DNA of 63,971 bases, filler included, from Aduncisulcus paluster (Eukaryota): assembly GCA_024181965.1 (NCBI GenBank). It is 4 parts of 4 records of this genome, joined end to end, with 100 filler letters (N's around TTAATTAATTAA, not from the genome) between each part and the next. Parts side by side here need not be neighbours in the genome. Positions count along the whole stretch, not along the records: positions 15,374 to 45,075 come from BQXS01012537.1; 3 more parts are not named here. One strand, 5' to 3'. Of this stretch, positions 33,836 to 45,175 are shown piece after piece. The notes beneath the pieces were generated by a model. The model ran no database searches. It was not told the DNA's origin and saw only the letters and a program-made list of their open reading frames with translations. Position 1 is the first letter of the stretch, and each line of letters begins with the position of its first letter. A program made the position numbers and the translations under genes.

Positions 33836-34741
33836 ATGTCAAAATACTCTTCTAAAACTTGGTCTGAGGATCAAATCTCCAGCTTGAAACGTGAGTTTGC
33901 CATATCTTCATCTTTAAACCGAATCAATTGGATTTCCATTTCTAAATTGGTCGGTCGTTCTCCCGCTCAATGCCAAAGTATGGCTACCCTTCTCTTTCCT
34001 GAATCTTTTTCTTTGTCTAACCAATGGATGGATGAAAAAACTAGATCTTCTCGTCATGCTACTCGTGGAAAGGGTATGAGTGGAGAATCCTCTCGTAAGC
34101 ACCTCTCTTGGTCTGAAGAAGAAATTTTACAATCCGTTTTCCTTTATAGCCGTCTCCAAAACAAATGGAAACTCTACGATGAATACGCTGGCCTCATTTC
34201 CCGTCGTGCCACTCAAGTCAAGTGTAAAATCTTTAATTTGAAGACAAAAAACCTTCTTGGTGTCAAGGAACAAGCTGTTAAAGATTTGTTCTTTACAAAA
34301 GGATTGAAATGGGATTCTTGTACTATTCGTGATGGTCTCACTGCTTTGGGCGTTGACTTCAATGGACCCAAAGTCGCTGTCAGGCCTCCTATCCCCAAAC
34401 ACCCCCAAATCCTTTCTTTTTCCGAAGCCACCTCTCCTCGCTCTATCAGAAAGCCCCGCGTTCCTTCTATTCCCGAAGAAGCCCCTGTTGTTGAACCTTG
34501 TTCCCAATCTTTCTCCGAATCCCCCGTAACCGCCTCTTCCGAGGATGATTTTCTCACATTTTCTCCGTCAACAGGTGATTCACCTTCTCAATCCACTCTT
34601 GGAGGGAGTCAATATTTCTCTCTTCTTCCACCCCCAGGAGTCCCTTTGTTCGATGAATATGAACAATGCTTCCCTCGTCTTGCCCTTGAACGCATGATCC
34701 CATTCCCTACCGCTGCCCCTGGCTTTGGTTTCTTTGAATAA
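33836..34741 (+). CDS. Myb/SANT-domain protein (two divergent repeats, Pro/Ser-rich tail)
   Basis: WSEDQ...NWISISKLVGRSPAQC and WSEEE...NKWKLY...RRATQVKCK repeats. Confidence 0.8.
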   Translation: MSKYSSKTWSEDQISSLKREFAISSSLNRINWISISKLVGRSPAQCQSMATLLFPESFSLSNQWMDEKTRSSRHATRGKGMSGESSRKHLSWSEEEILQSVFLYSRLQNKWKLYDEYAGLISRRATQVKCKIFNLKTKNLLGVKEQAVKDLFFTKGLKWDSCTIRDGLTALGVDFNGPKVAVRPPIPKHPQILSFSEATSPRSIRKPRVPSIPEEAPVVEPCSQSFSESPVTASSEDDFLTFSPSTGDSPSQSTLGGSQYFSLLPPPGVPLFDEYEQCFPRLALERMIPFPTAAPGFGFFE

Positions 34742-35373
34742 GGATCATTTTCCGCTTTCTATGACTTAATTTCTTGATTATTTTCAATTTATAATTCTTA
34801 CAATCATTAATATTTTCTTATTTTGCGTATTTTATTATTCTCTTGCGTTTTAATATCTTTTGTTTACAAATTCTTGTTTTTGCGTCTGTGTTTTCATCCT
34901 TCTATGATATCAAATTGCGTTGCGTTGTCATTTCTACCTTTTCTTTCAATATATTAAGATTTTTGTATATTTTTTTTATTATGTCCTTCTATTTCATGCG
35001 TTTTTTTTTTTTTTTTGTTCTAATTCTTGCGAAAACTATTCATTTCAATTTAGAAATTCTCAGATTTCTTATATGTGACTCTTTCTTCCCTGCGTTTTTT
35101 CTTTTTTTTTATAATTTACCAGTGATAATGATCAATGTCATTATTCTGGTGATTCTTCTAATCCCCTTCAGTAAAACTATTCTCTTCTTTGAGCGAATTG
35201 ACCACAATAGTGGTGGCTAGCAAATTTATTCGGGAGGCAGTGACCGGTACAGCCGGGGAATGCCGGTTAGTAACCGGTTACCATCACATCAACTTGATGA
35301 TCAAGCGAATTGTCAATTTATGACTTTATAAATTAGATTTGTATCAAACTGAACACTTTCAATTAAATCTAAA

Positions 35374-37044
35374 TCATTTCGTTGAATCCAATTTGAATAA
35401 AGTTTCTCTATATTTTCTTTGTGCAGGTTCACATTCGAAATAAGCTTTGGATCCATCATCCTTACGTATCTTCTCATAACACAAACAAATTCTTCCTGTT
35501 TTGGTCGTCAATGGTTGTAAACAAGCACAGATCAACTTCAAACAATTATGTTTAGGAAAATGGTCAGGAGATACGGAAGACAATATTACAGGCATAAAAA
35601 ACACTACTCGCTTACAAAGAGAGAGTTTCTGAACACTGAGATTCAAAGTTTCCAAATATAGACCACACATATCGGTGTTGAATGTTTTTGAACCAGCCCA
35701 TTTCGAGTGAGTTGCAGAAGGAGAAACAATCGAAGATTCAGATCCATCCTTTTCTTTCAGTTGACGCCTCTTTCCAATAGAATTTGACGTCTCCCCAGTC
35801 TCAACTTGCATAGAAGAAGGATCCGAGGATACTCTGCATCCTGCCCTTATCCCATAGGGGGGATCACATACAATCGCATCAATATTCATGCAGATGGGAT
35901 GATCAGAAGCGTCAGCACACATGACAAGAGGGTGAGGAAGTCCATAATCATCGAAGTTGCTGAACATGTCCACTTCCATTGTGTTTTTTTGCAGGTCAGA
36001 GATGTGCTCAGTGTGATCATGGGAGGATGCAGATATCCTTTGCTCTTCCTCACTAATACTTACACGTGATGATGCGAGGAGATCTCTGTGTGACCGCTGC
36101 ATGCGAAGCATTTCTTTCGGAGTGTAATGACACCACGAGGACGCAACAGCTTCGGAAATACCAAGGGCACGCTTCTTCACTCTCTTGCGCTTCAAAAAGG
36201 CATCTCGGTTAAGATCACTGCCAAAAACCAAGCCACCAAAGATACTAAGGGCGACGAGAATACTTCCACTCCCGCAGAATGGATCCAGGCAGACACTCGT
36301 CGCTGAAACACAGGCAAGGTTGCACATCACGAGACTAAGCTCCGTATCCATGCTAGTGGGACCAAGGAAAAGACGCTTCGTCAGGGAATACGTTGGAATC
36401 AGAGATCGAGCGGTAGAATGAGGCATTGAATGAGCACAAAATACGATATCTGGGAGTGAAGAAGGCACACCGTGTTCAATGGGCATGGGGGAATATAAGC
36501 CAGCAGATTCGGCAGATACCATCAAATCTTGGTAATGTTGAACTTTTTTAGTTGAAACAGAAAGAATATGAGATTTGTTTGTAGAATTGGCAAGAAGAAA
36601 ACACACTTTGGGATTCGATAAACTCACAGAACAATTAGATGAAATTGAAGGGAAGGATTTAATGTATGAATCAAAAATCAATAATTTCTCTTTTTGGGGG
36701 ATTCGTTGGACAAATTTAGGCGATTCAAATTTAAAATCTTTGTCGTTCTCAAGGTATTCTTTCACATTATTGAAATTATTTTTAAAATTATTAAGAGTAT
36801 CAGCGATACATTCTTCATGATTCGATCCACTCCCAAGATAACGGGAAATAGACTTCACTAAAACACATCTCGATGATATCAATTTAGCAATTTCATCGTG
36901 TGGGAGAGATATAATCTGAAAAATATCCTCATATCCCAGCTTTGTTAAAAATTGATACTTAACTCCGAATAGGTTACATATTGAAGCAACTTCACATGCC
37001 CTGAAATCATGGTGCCTGGATACATAATAAATAAGATATATCAT
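35374..37044 (-). CDS. TRM11: tRNA (guanine-10-N2)-methyltransferase TRM11
   Basis: HHDFRACE, SRCVLVKSI, YSLTKRLFLGPTSMDTELSLVMCN, SAM motif LDPFCGSGS and IDAIVCDPPYGIR. First ATG is at 37044. Confidence 0.93.
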   Translation of the reverse strand: MIYLIYYVSRHHDFRACEVASICNLFGVKYQFLTKLGYEDIFQIISLPHDEIAKLISSRCVLVKSISRYLGSGSNHEECIADTLNNFKNNFNNVKEYLENDKDFKFESPKFVQRIPQKEKLLIFDSYIKSFPSISSNCSVSLSNPKVCFLLANSTNKSHILSVSTKKVQHYQDLMVSAESAGLYSPMPIEHGVPSSLPDIVFCAHSMPHSTARSLIPTYSLTKRLFLGPTSMDTELSLVMCNLACVSATSVCLDPFCGSGSILVALSIFGGLVFGSDLNRDAFLKRKRVKKRALGISEAVASSWCHYTPKEMLRMQRSHRDLLASSRVSISEEEQRISASSHDHTEHISDLQKNTMEVDMFSNFDDYGLPHPLVMCADASDHPICMNIDAIVCDPPYGIRAGCRVSSDPSSMQVETGETSNSIGKRRQLKEKDGSESSIVSPSATHSKWAGSKTFNTDMCGLYLETLNLSVQKLSLCKRVVFFMPVILSSVSPDHFPKHNCLKLICACLQPLTTKTGRICLCYEKIRKDDGSKAYFECEPAQRKYRETLFKLDSTK

Positions 37045-37665
37045 CCGCTTCAATAATCCCAGATTCAATCAAACACGTTGATATTTTATCATAGGCCAGT
37101 ATGTCCCCTTCATAATGAATAATACAATGAAATTGAAAAATAATAAAGAAGATAATAATATGTATTCAAATAAATTCAATGTAATTAATGAATAGCACCA
37201 GACATTATCAAAGAACAGAAAAACCGTTTTTCTACTAGAACAACTAGTAGTTGTTTTTCTTGAAGGTATTTTCCAGAGTCTGGAATCCAGACTTTTTCTC
37301 GATCATAGAGATGAGTTCGTCATCCACCGTGGATCTGTGACAGATCAATCTTCAAGATAAAGGGTGAATTACCTTCAGCCGGGTAACTTGAATCTCATTA
37401 TAAGTGAGCAAAACACAAATTAACGCATTTATTTTATTAAAAGCTACTTATAAAGATTCAAAAAGGTTTTTGTTTTAAAAATCCTCCAAAATTTTTCTTT
37501 ATTTCTATGACGGCAAATCTTTGCATAAAAACTTCCAAAACGGATTCAATTCAATTTTTTGGGGATATCTCCCCAAATGAGAATTGGGGATGGGCCTCAA
37601 ATAACCACTTTTATGATCAGCCTTTTTCCTGACAATATTAAATCTTTTTGATATATAAAAGAGAA

Positions 37666-40600
37666 ATGAGATTTTTAAATCGACTTTTCGTCTTTTCTTG
37701 TATCTTGAGTTTATGTTTCTTGTTTTGCCATGGATTCAGAAATGGATTCCAAATTCCATCTTTCATTCTTGAAGAATTGAAAGATTTAACCCCTTGGGGT
37801 TCAAGAAGTGTGATGTTGACCGAGACTAGATCAGCCTTTGAACCAATATTTGGTGAATTCTCTCTAGATTCTCTTGACTATGTTGACGACATTATTCCCG
37901 TGATCAAGAGGATGTCGACTCACATCGCCGCTCCCGTATTGCCTCTACAGAACCACCCTCTTATAGCTGGCGCCAAATTCTTTGATTCTAAGAGTTTGAT
38001 TGAAGGAACGGCTGTATCATCACAGTTATCCACAGATGTCCCACTGACCGACCAAGATTTCCATGTATTTATCCAAACCGATAACGTTGAAGATGTTTTG
38101 GCTTCCGATATCTCTGAGGAAGTTGAGATAAAGCTGTTCTCTGCAATCGTCCAAGAATATCTCTCCGAACTCTACTTCAGCCATCCTGACTTTCCCAACA
38201 GTGTGTTCAAGGTCCACTATTGTGTTGATTCCTCGGATCTTGAGAGTGAAGACGTGTCTAAACTCTCAAACCTCCACATGTGCCATGTTACTGGTAAGAA
38301 GTAACAAGTGTCTTAAGTGGACTCACAATGAACGTAAAATCCAACTCTTTGGATGATGCTGACCCAGACTTTGAGCGTTATCTCGATGATACGACAGCTT
38401 ATGATGTATTTCAGGTTGGATATAATCCTGATTTGCCTGTTGATTCATCTGATGACTATTCAGCTATTTCTGACAACTCATCTTTGAATATGAATGCCCA
38501 AATTGAATTATATGTGGATATTACAGTATTCGGAGGTATCAAAGAGTTTAGGTTGGTGTTTCAGGCCGACACATACAACGCTTCAGATCATGATATCACC
38601 ATCAGCAATGCCTTCGATGAGGAACAAACGTCCAAACACTCCTTCTCCAATCTTATTGAGGAAACAAAATTTGGCAGCCTGCTCGATTTCACCCTTCTGG
38701 GTCTGGATCTCAGTTCTGGCTTCTTTTTTTCTGTTGACATGACAAATGACATGGAGTTCCAAGGTGAATTTGAGCACACTTTCAAAGCCAAGCAGTCCAA
38801 CAGGATTGTATTTGGAATTACCAAAGTTAATGGCGAGTGGAGCAACTTTTACAAAACCACTGAACCCAATATGGTGATTGAAGAGAATGTCCCAAGTATT
38901 TCATCAAGTAATCAGGACAATATGTCGAATTTCATGCTCCAATACACCATTGCTATTATTCCTTCGTTCGAGTTTAAATTGTTCGGTTCTTCACTGGCGC
39001 TGCTTGGAATTGAAATGAGTTATCAGCAAACCCTAATTGCTTCATCGATGTGCTCTACGACTTCCATGGACACAAAATCATTGGTCTCCTTCACCTTGCA
39101 CACTCAAATTCTTGACTACACACATGATTTTCCCCTTGGAACCACCCATGAGTCTGAACAAGAGATTGGAGACAGTCAACTTCTCCCACTGAGTGTCATT
39201 GACTCCACGAATGCTATTGGATGTGTTGGGCCGGATAGTATTGCAGACAATCAAGATTTTCCGAGAATTCCTCCCAATCTGGTTGATCCTGAGGAAATTC
39301 ATTTGCAGATTAATATAGATTACACTTGTTTAAGCGGAAGGTCTTTTGAAGAAGTAAGTGGAACAATCCAATTGGGAAATAAGAAAACGTCGTACTCTTA
39401 TTATGAATATCCGTACCATAAGAACAAAAACGATAACTATCGTCTTGTGGCGTGGAAGGAACTGATCACAGTAGATTCCGATGATGTATTCACGATTAGT
39501 ATTCATAACGATGAGTGGTGGCATGAAGATGATCAATCTTTCCATATTGGCCCTGTTTCTGACATGTTGTCGGAACTTATTAACAATGTTTATACATGTC
39601 AATTCCAGTGGTATGACCAGAATAACGACGGTCACCACCTTCTTGATATATCTATTACATTTTTGGCTCGGAGCATTGATCTTGGAATACCTTATCCAGA
39701 GTGGTATACGTCGGATCAATATAGTACTTATCTCGACAACTGGTATCACACTTCAATGCCTCGTTGGTCAGATAGTCTCACCGTTTATCCGTTTTTAGAA
39801 CCTGTCTATCAGTATACTCCATTTGTTAATGAAGATGAAATGGTGTATACTTTCTTCCCTGATGTCAACAACTTTCAGATATTTCAGGATATGGAAGTCA
39901 CCTTCCCTCTTTGGATGAGTACACGCTATTCTTCAGTTGATAACCCCGAAATGATGGTGGATTCTGATGGAAATTATCATGATGCTATTGTGTTCTACAA
40001 TGATACCTTTGATTATCGAGCCATTCGAGAGTATTTTCACTCCTCCCCTAATGATTTCTCTGAATATTCTTCAATGATTAGGATGAATATGGAATGCTAT
40101 GGGTCTTCCTCATCAAATGCATATTCTCTCTATTACATGTGGGAGTCGAATAAGTATTATTACGAGTTAGATTATAGTGTTTATCCAAATGTTCCTTTAA
40201 TTTGGGACATTGATTCTCATTCCAACAATCAGGACGAATTTCCATTTGCGTGGGGCTCCTCCATCTTTTCTGCTTCATTTAACCCTTCTCAACCAGAAAT
40301 GTGCCTTCAAAAGGATCATATTGGATTCAAATTCTATTCTGATTCTCTATTCAATTCGTATACTCTGAAGGGTGATATTGAATTGGATGATTCATATTTC
40401 TTACAGTCGAATGATGGTTCAATGATTTGGGAGACTCAAGACGGTGATTCTTATTGTAAATTGTTCTCGCATGTTCAAAACCCCAGGCTCTGGGTCAGAG
40501 CAGAACTATCCTCTGGAAACACTAATCCCTTCAATGGTATTGATTGGTTCTCTTTTGTGCCAACTGCTCAGCTCTTTATTGATGGCGGCAATGTCTCCAT

Positions 40601-43126
40601 GAGCACTAACATTGGAGATGAGGATTCCCCGTTCAGTTCGCTTGTCAGTCTTGCATTTGATCCTCATTCGATGATCTCTTTACTTGATGGAACAGAATGG
40701 ACAGAAAACGTCAGCTTCCTTTTCAGGTATACTATTGAAGATATAGATCGGGAAGCTGGTGTTCCTATCCCTTCCTCTTCCATTGAAGTTCGGATCGGTG
40801 GTGGATTCTCAGGTCTTTCAGAATATTCAGACTCAACATATTCAGAATCTTCAGGCCAAATGGTTCCTTAGAAGCTGTTTACATCCACTCCATCTGTTAG
40901 CACAGATGGTAATTCCGATGCCAACACCATTCCTCTGACAAGCGTCTTCCATTCTGATCATACTGTGCTTATTCCATATTCTTTTGTGGAAGTTGATCAA
41001 GAAACTCGTGATGCCCATGCTGACAATAAGCTCACCCACATCCTTCTCAAGCTCACCAGAAATGACATTGAAGACACTTCTCAGGACTCATTTGGTGTTA
41101 CATCTTCATCCGCATCTATTGTTCCTTTATGGTTGAAAACAAACATTGCAGGTTCTCTGTTCATCAAAGATAGGTTTCCAACTATTATTCCGATTGTTGT
41201 TACCCTTCGTGGAACATAAATGGTCTATTCTTCTTCTTTGATGGTTCTACTGATGTGTGGAATGAAGTTGCATATGGGAATCCTATTCAGTATTTGCCCA
41301 TGACCAATGCTAACAATGATGACATTGGCATTCCAATAAGTACATCTTTCCAGACACAAAGTCGTGGTATGTACCAAATTAACAACATTGAGAATGTTTC
41401 GTCTGGCGATCACAATCCTAGTTTTATTGATGACTTCACAAGAGACGGATACATTATGTTCCAGACAGCAATGATGTATGGAAGGATCGTATTCGCTTCC
41501 GAGTTTAATGCTCTTGTGATTCCAATGTATGATGTTGATGGTCATGAATTCAATCAGAAGAACTCCAGTTCTCTTCGAATTGATATCGAGACAGACCAAA
41601 CTAGCCCGTACTCTTCCGTTTTCATTCACAACACTTCATTTGCTGATGGGAAAATGCTAACAATTGAGAGCAAGAACTGGCAAGAAGATTCTCAGAAACT
41701 GGTTGCTAATTTCTGGCCTATTGTCAATGGCAGCGGTGAGGTTTTGTTTCCAGACGACGCAACGTCCTCTCCTTCCGATGATCCATGTTCCCTCGATTCC
41801 TCAGATGTTGTCACGTCATTCGATGGCAGGCTTTCTCTTGTGAATGATGAGGATGGGTATTGGCAGGTCACTGTGTGTTCCCCCGAGTCTTCCTCCCTGA
41901 CAACCACTCAGTTGTATGTGTCCACTGTGTCCACGTTCTTGATTGATCCCAACGCAATAGTCCTCGTCGCTGATCTTCTCGAATACATCGAGGATGATTC
42001 TACCATTCATTTCATTCCCGTGTCTGACGTCGATGTGTCTGACTATGAAAGGAAGCAATTCAATGATAATTACGCGTTGGTAAGCTATTCTCGCGCTTGT
42101 TCATCATACATCAGTGGGATTAACATGGATGTTTCTGACTATATTTCTCTGAATGCTAAAGATGGTGTCACTGATGATTACCCTCTTCGAATGACTTCAG
42201 CGATGCAATGGTATGACAAACAGATTTTGATACTCAATTCTGACGAAAAGAGTGGAGACATTGATCATATTGTCGTGACAAACTCAAACTGGAGTCCGGA
42301 TGGACATTTTGTGTTGAAACAACTTAACATGGATGCCGAATTGACAATTTCCCTTGTCGCCACTGCTAATCTTTTAGAAGAACAAGATCAAGAAGAGGAA
42401 ATTGTCAGTGATGTCGGTGATAGTAATTTTTTGGCCTCATTCCAAGTCGGTCTTCTCCTCTATTTCACCAGTGAAAACGATGCTGAGACTGTCATGTTCT
42501 CCAATAGTGTGTTCGCTAATCAATCATCTGTGACATCCTCTCTGGTCAATGTTCTTCAACATGTTACGTTTGATGGAAATGAAGAGTTGCAGTCTTGCTT
42601 GAACGATGAATCTCTCGATATTGAGTTCATCAACCGTTCCAAGGTCTCATATGGAATCCTTTTCACCTGTTCACTCCCACAAAACTTTGAAATGCCCTCT
42701 CACATGGATGTTGACGGGACATTCGAGATGACTTCCATGTTCAATCATGATGTATTGCCCGTGCATTTCTCCGTCTATGACATTTCTGCGTTTGAGAAGA
42801 GTCCTCTGTCGTCCACTTCAGTTTGTGGGAATCTGAGTGCCCGTGCTCCTTCTTTCCATCCTCCTACAATTCCTCCCTCCACTCCCGCAGAAGATAGCAC
42901 GAATGGATGGATCATTCTCTTGTGGATTGGTGTTCCTTTGATTCTTGTTTCCGTTGCTATCATTTTGACTTTCATTCTGGTGAAAAGGAGGACTTCAACC
43001 AAGAAGAAAGCCAATATGCAAAGTGGATCCGCAAATAGTGACGTTCCCATACCATCAATGCATGTTAATCCACTAGCAACGATCATCTCTCCTTCTGGGC
43101 TATCTGGCCAACTTGAAAAGATTTAA
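37666..43126 (+). pseudogene. Large (~1800 aa) type I membrane/surface protein, disrupted by two frameshifts (~38296, ~41214) and one in-frame TAG (40869-40871)
   Basis: Signal peptide MRFLNRLFVFSCILSLCFLFCHG at the start and TM WIILLWIGVPLILVSVAIILTFILV followed by KRR at the end. Four contiguous ORFs of like composition lie between them with no intergenic DNA. Confidence 0.65.
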
Positions 43127-43289
43127 GGTATATTGTGCATAGTTTAATAGGTTGTTTATTGTGTTTACTAAAACTGTGAGTTTAGCTGCTAAACGTTAGC
43201 ATACACGTATTGGTTTCTCCTTGATAAACAAGGTTTTCCTTCGTCAATCATTTGACCCCGGTCAATGACGTAAATTGAATAAATTTGTT

Positions 43290-43950
43290 GCATTTGATTT
43301 TTCTTGGTGCACAGGGAAGTTCTTAACACCTTTCCACAGATCTCATCGACCATAACCAAAGAAGCAAAAATAGCTCGAAGGGCTCGAACCGAAGACACAA
43401 TGATACTGGACAGAAGGACAGTCAGAACCCCACGCAGTTCGACAATAGTTCCACTTGATATCATCTTGGATCCAAAAATTGAGGGAGGGAGCCACACCAA
43501 AACCCTTGCTCGATCACTGTGAAGTTGTTTAAGAATGCGATAATCTTGAAAGTGGGGTTCTGGATGTTTCTGGATCGATTGTGGGATATTAGCACCACAA
43601 AATACCTTTACCATTGATTCATGCATTTGGGCAGTCGATTTCATGGGAGAAGAACTCCTTCACAAGCATCAAAACTTTTGACATACAAATATTGTTGGAG
43701 GGTTACAAATGCACTAGAATCAGTAAAAATACAACCCCAATATTTGATTTTCCAGGTTTAGCAAATGCAAGACTACCAAGAATCGAATTTTAGACTGATT
43801 AAGCTACAACGACAACAATTGATGAATCTGTTGTTTCAACAAAAGAATCACCATCAACAGCACCATTTTCAACCGTAGAATCACTTTTCATCAAAACTAT
43901 TTTGCCAAGGCAGCAAGATAGAACTAAGAAATTAAAACATCTATCCAAGC
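43290..43950 (-). pseudogene. Possible decayed gene remnant
   Basis: The minus strand reads as coding-like segments (FNFLVLSCCLGKIVLMKSDSTVENG..., NSILGSLAFAKPGKSNIGVVF, FTDSSAFVTLQQYLYVKSFDACEG) broken by stops and frame changes. Confidence 0.35.
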
Positions 43951-44296
43951 CGAAATCACTGCTTCATGGTATTGCAAAATGATTATTCATATGTTATATA
44001 TTGATTCGAAAAAAATAGGCGTAATAAAATCTATATTAATTATGTGATTTGAGCTGGAAGATTATCGATTGGTGTTTTCTTTGAAAGTGAATATTGGATA
44101 TTATTGTATGAACATTTTAATTTTGTAATTTACCCTTAATTTATTTTATCAATTGACCAATCAAAAAAGCTCACAATACCTAAGTGCGTTCTGAAGAAGA
44201 TGCTGACAAAACTGTGTCGGAAGGGGTTTAAAGTGCAACGAAAGTTGTTTAATAATCCAAAATGTTTCCATCGTATCCCTCGTCCTTTATATATTC

Positions 44297-45075
44297 TTGC
44301 TTCGGTTGGGAGAACTTCAACAAACCCTATTCATCGCAAGTAGTGTTGCTTCTCTTAAAAGAGCTTTAATTGTTTGGCAAAGCTCTTGTTCTGCCCGCCA
44401 AGATCATCGGGATCTTTTAGAAAAACAAATAATTTCATATTCAAATTCTCAATTATGTTTCAAAGTCTTATCTCAGTGGCTCAAGCGTACAAAGACGTCA
44501 TTAAATGATAAGATACAGAACTACAAGGCCCGTGTGCATTATGATCAATTCCTCTCCAAAATCGGTTTCAAGTCACTCCGAATGTATAATTCAGTGACAA
44601 AACAGATGAGAAAGTCTGCAAGGATGAATAGAATGTGTTCTAGATTCATCGCTATGCACGAAAGTATGAGGAATCGGAGGGAAGTGAGCCAGGCATTTCA
44701 TTTATGGTGTAGCAAAATACGAACCGTGGTTGATCGGAGACGTGAGGAAGAATTATGGAAAAAATCTGTTAAATTTCATGAAACTCAAACCAAAAAACAT
44801 TGTTTCCTCGCATGGCGTAGATATGTTGCCGGATCATTCTGGAGATCATCCCACCATGCCTTGTTACGTACTCCAAGCCTTGTTCAGAAACATACTCTCC
44901 CCATACCTTCAGTCACTCAACAAGTCACTGATAAAGTCTTTGCCAAAACAATATCAACTCAAAAGAGATATGATGTGTCTGAGAGGAAAATACCCCGTTT
45001 TGGAAGGTTTTCAGAAGTTATCAAAGGTTCCCCCCAGCCCCGTGACAGACGATCTGCCGCTCCTCCTCTTCACGC
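44297..45075 (+). CDS. Sfi1-like (centrin-binding repeat) protein fragment; start unclear, 3'-truncated by contig end
   Basis: Periodic motifs LKRALIVWQ, FKVLSQWLK, SQAFHLWCS and KKHCFLAWRRY resemble Sfi1 repeats. Confidence 0.55.
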
Positions 45076-45175
45076 NNNNNNNNNNNNNNNNNNNNNNNNN
45101 NNNNNNNNNNNNNNNNNNNTTAATTAATTAANNNNNNNNNNNNNNNNNNNNNNNNNNNNNNNNNNNNNNNNNNNN
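45076..45175. other. Artificial contig linker
   Basis: N44-TTAATTAATTAA-N44. Confidence 0.97.

Noticed and set aside
34843..35220. 125-aa Phe/Ile-rich ORF
   Set aside because: It is a by-product of T-rich intergenic sequence with a non-ATG start.
40869..40871. Genome-wide TAG/TAA-to-Gln reassignment as in hexamitid diplomonads or Iotanema
   Set aside because: Conserved proteins end at the expected position with TAG (dynein, PIERCE-like) or TAA, and long ORFs contain no in-frame TAR codons.
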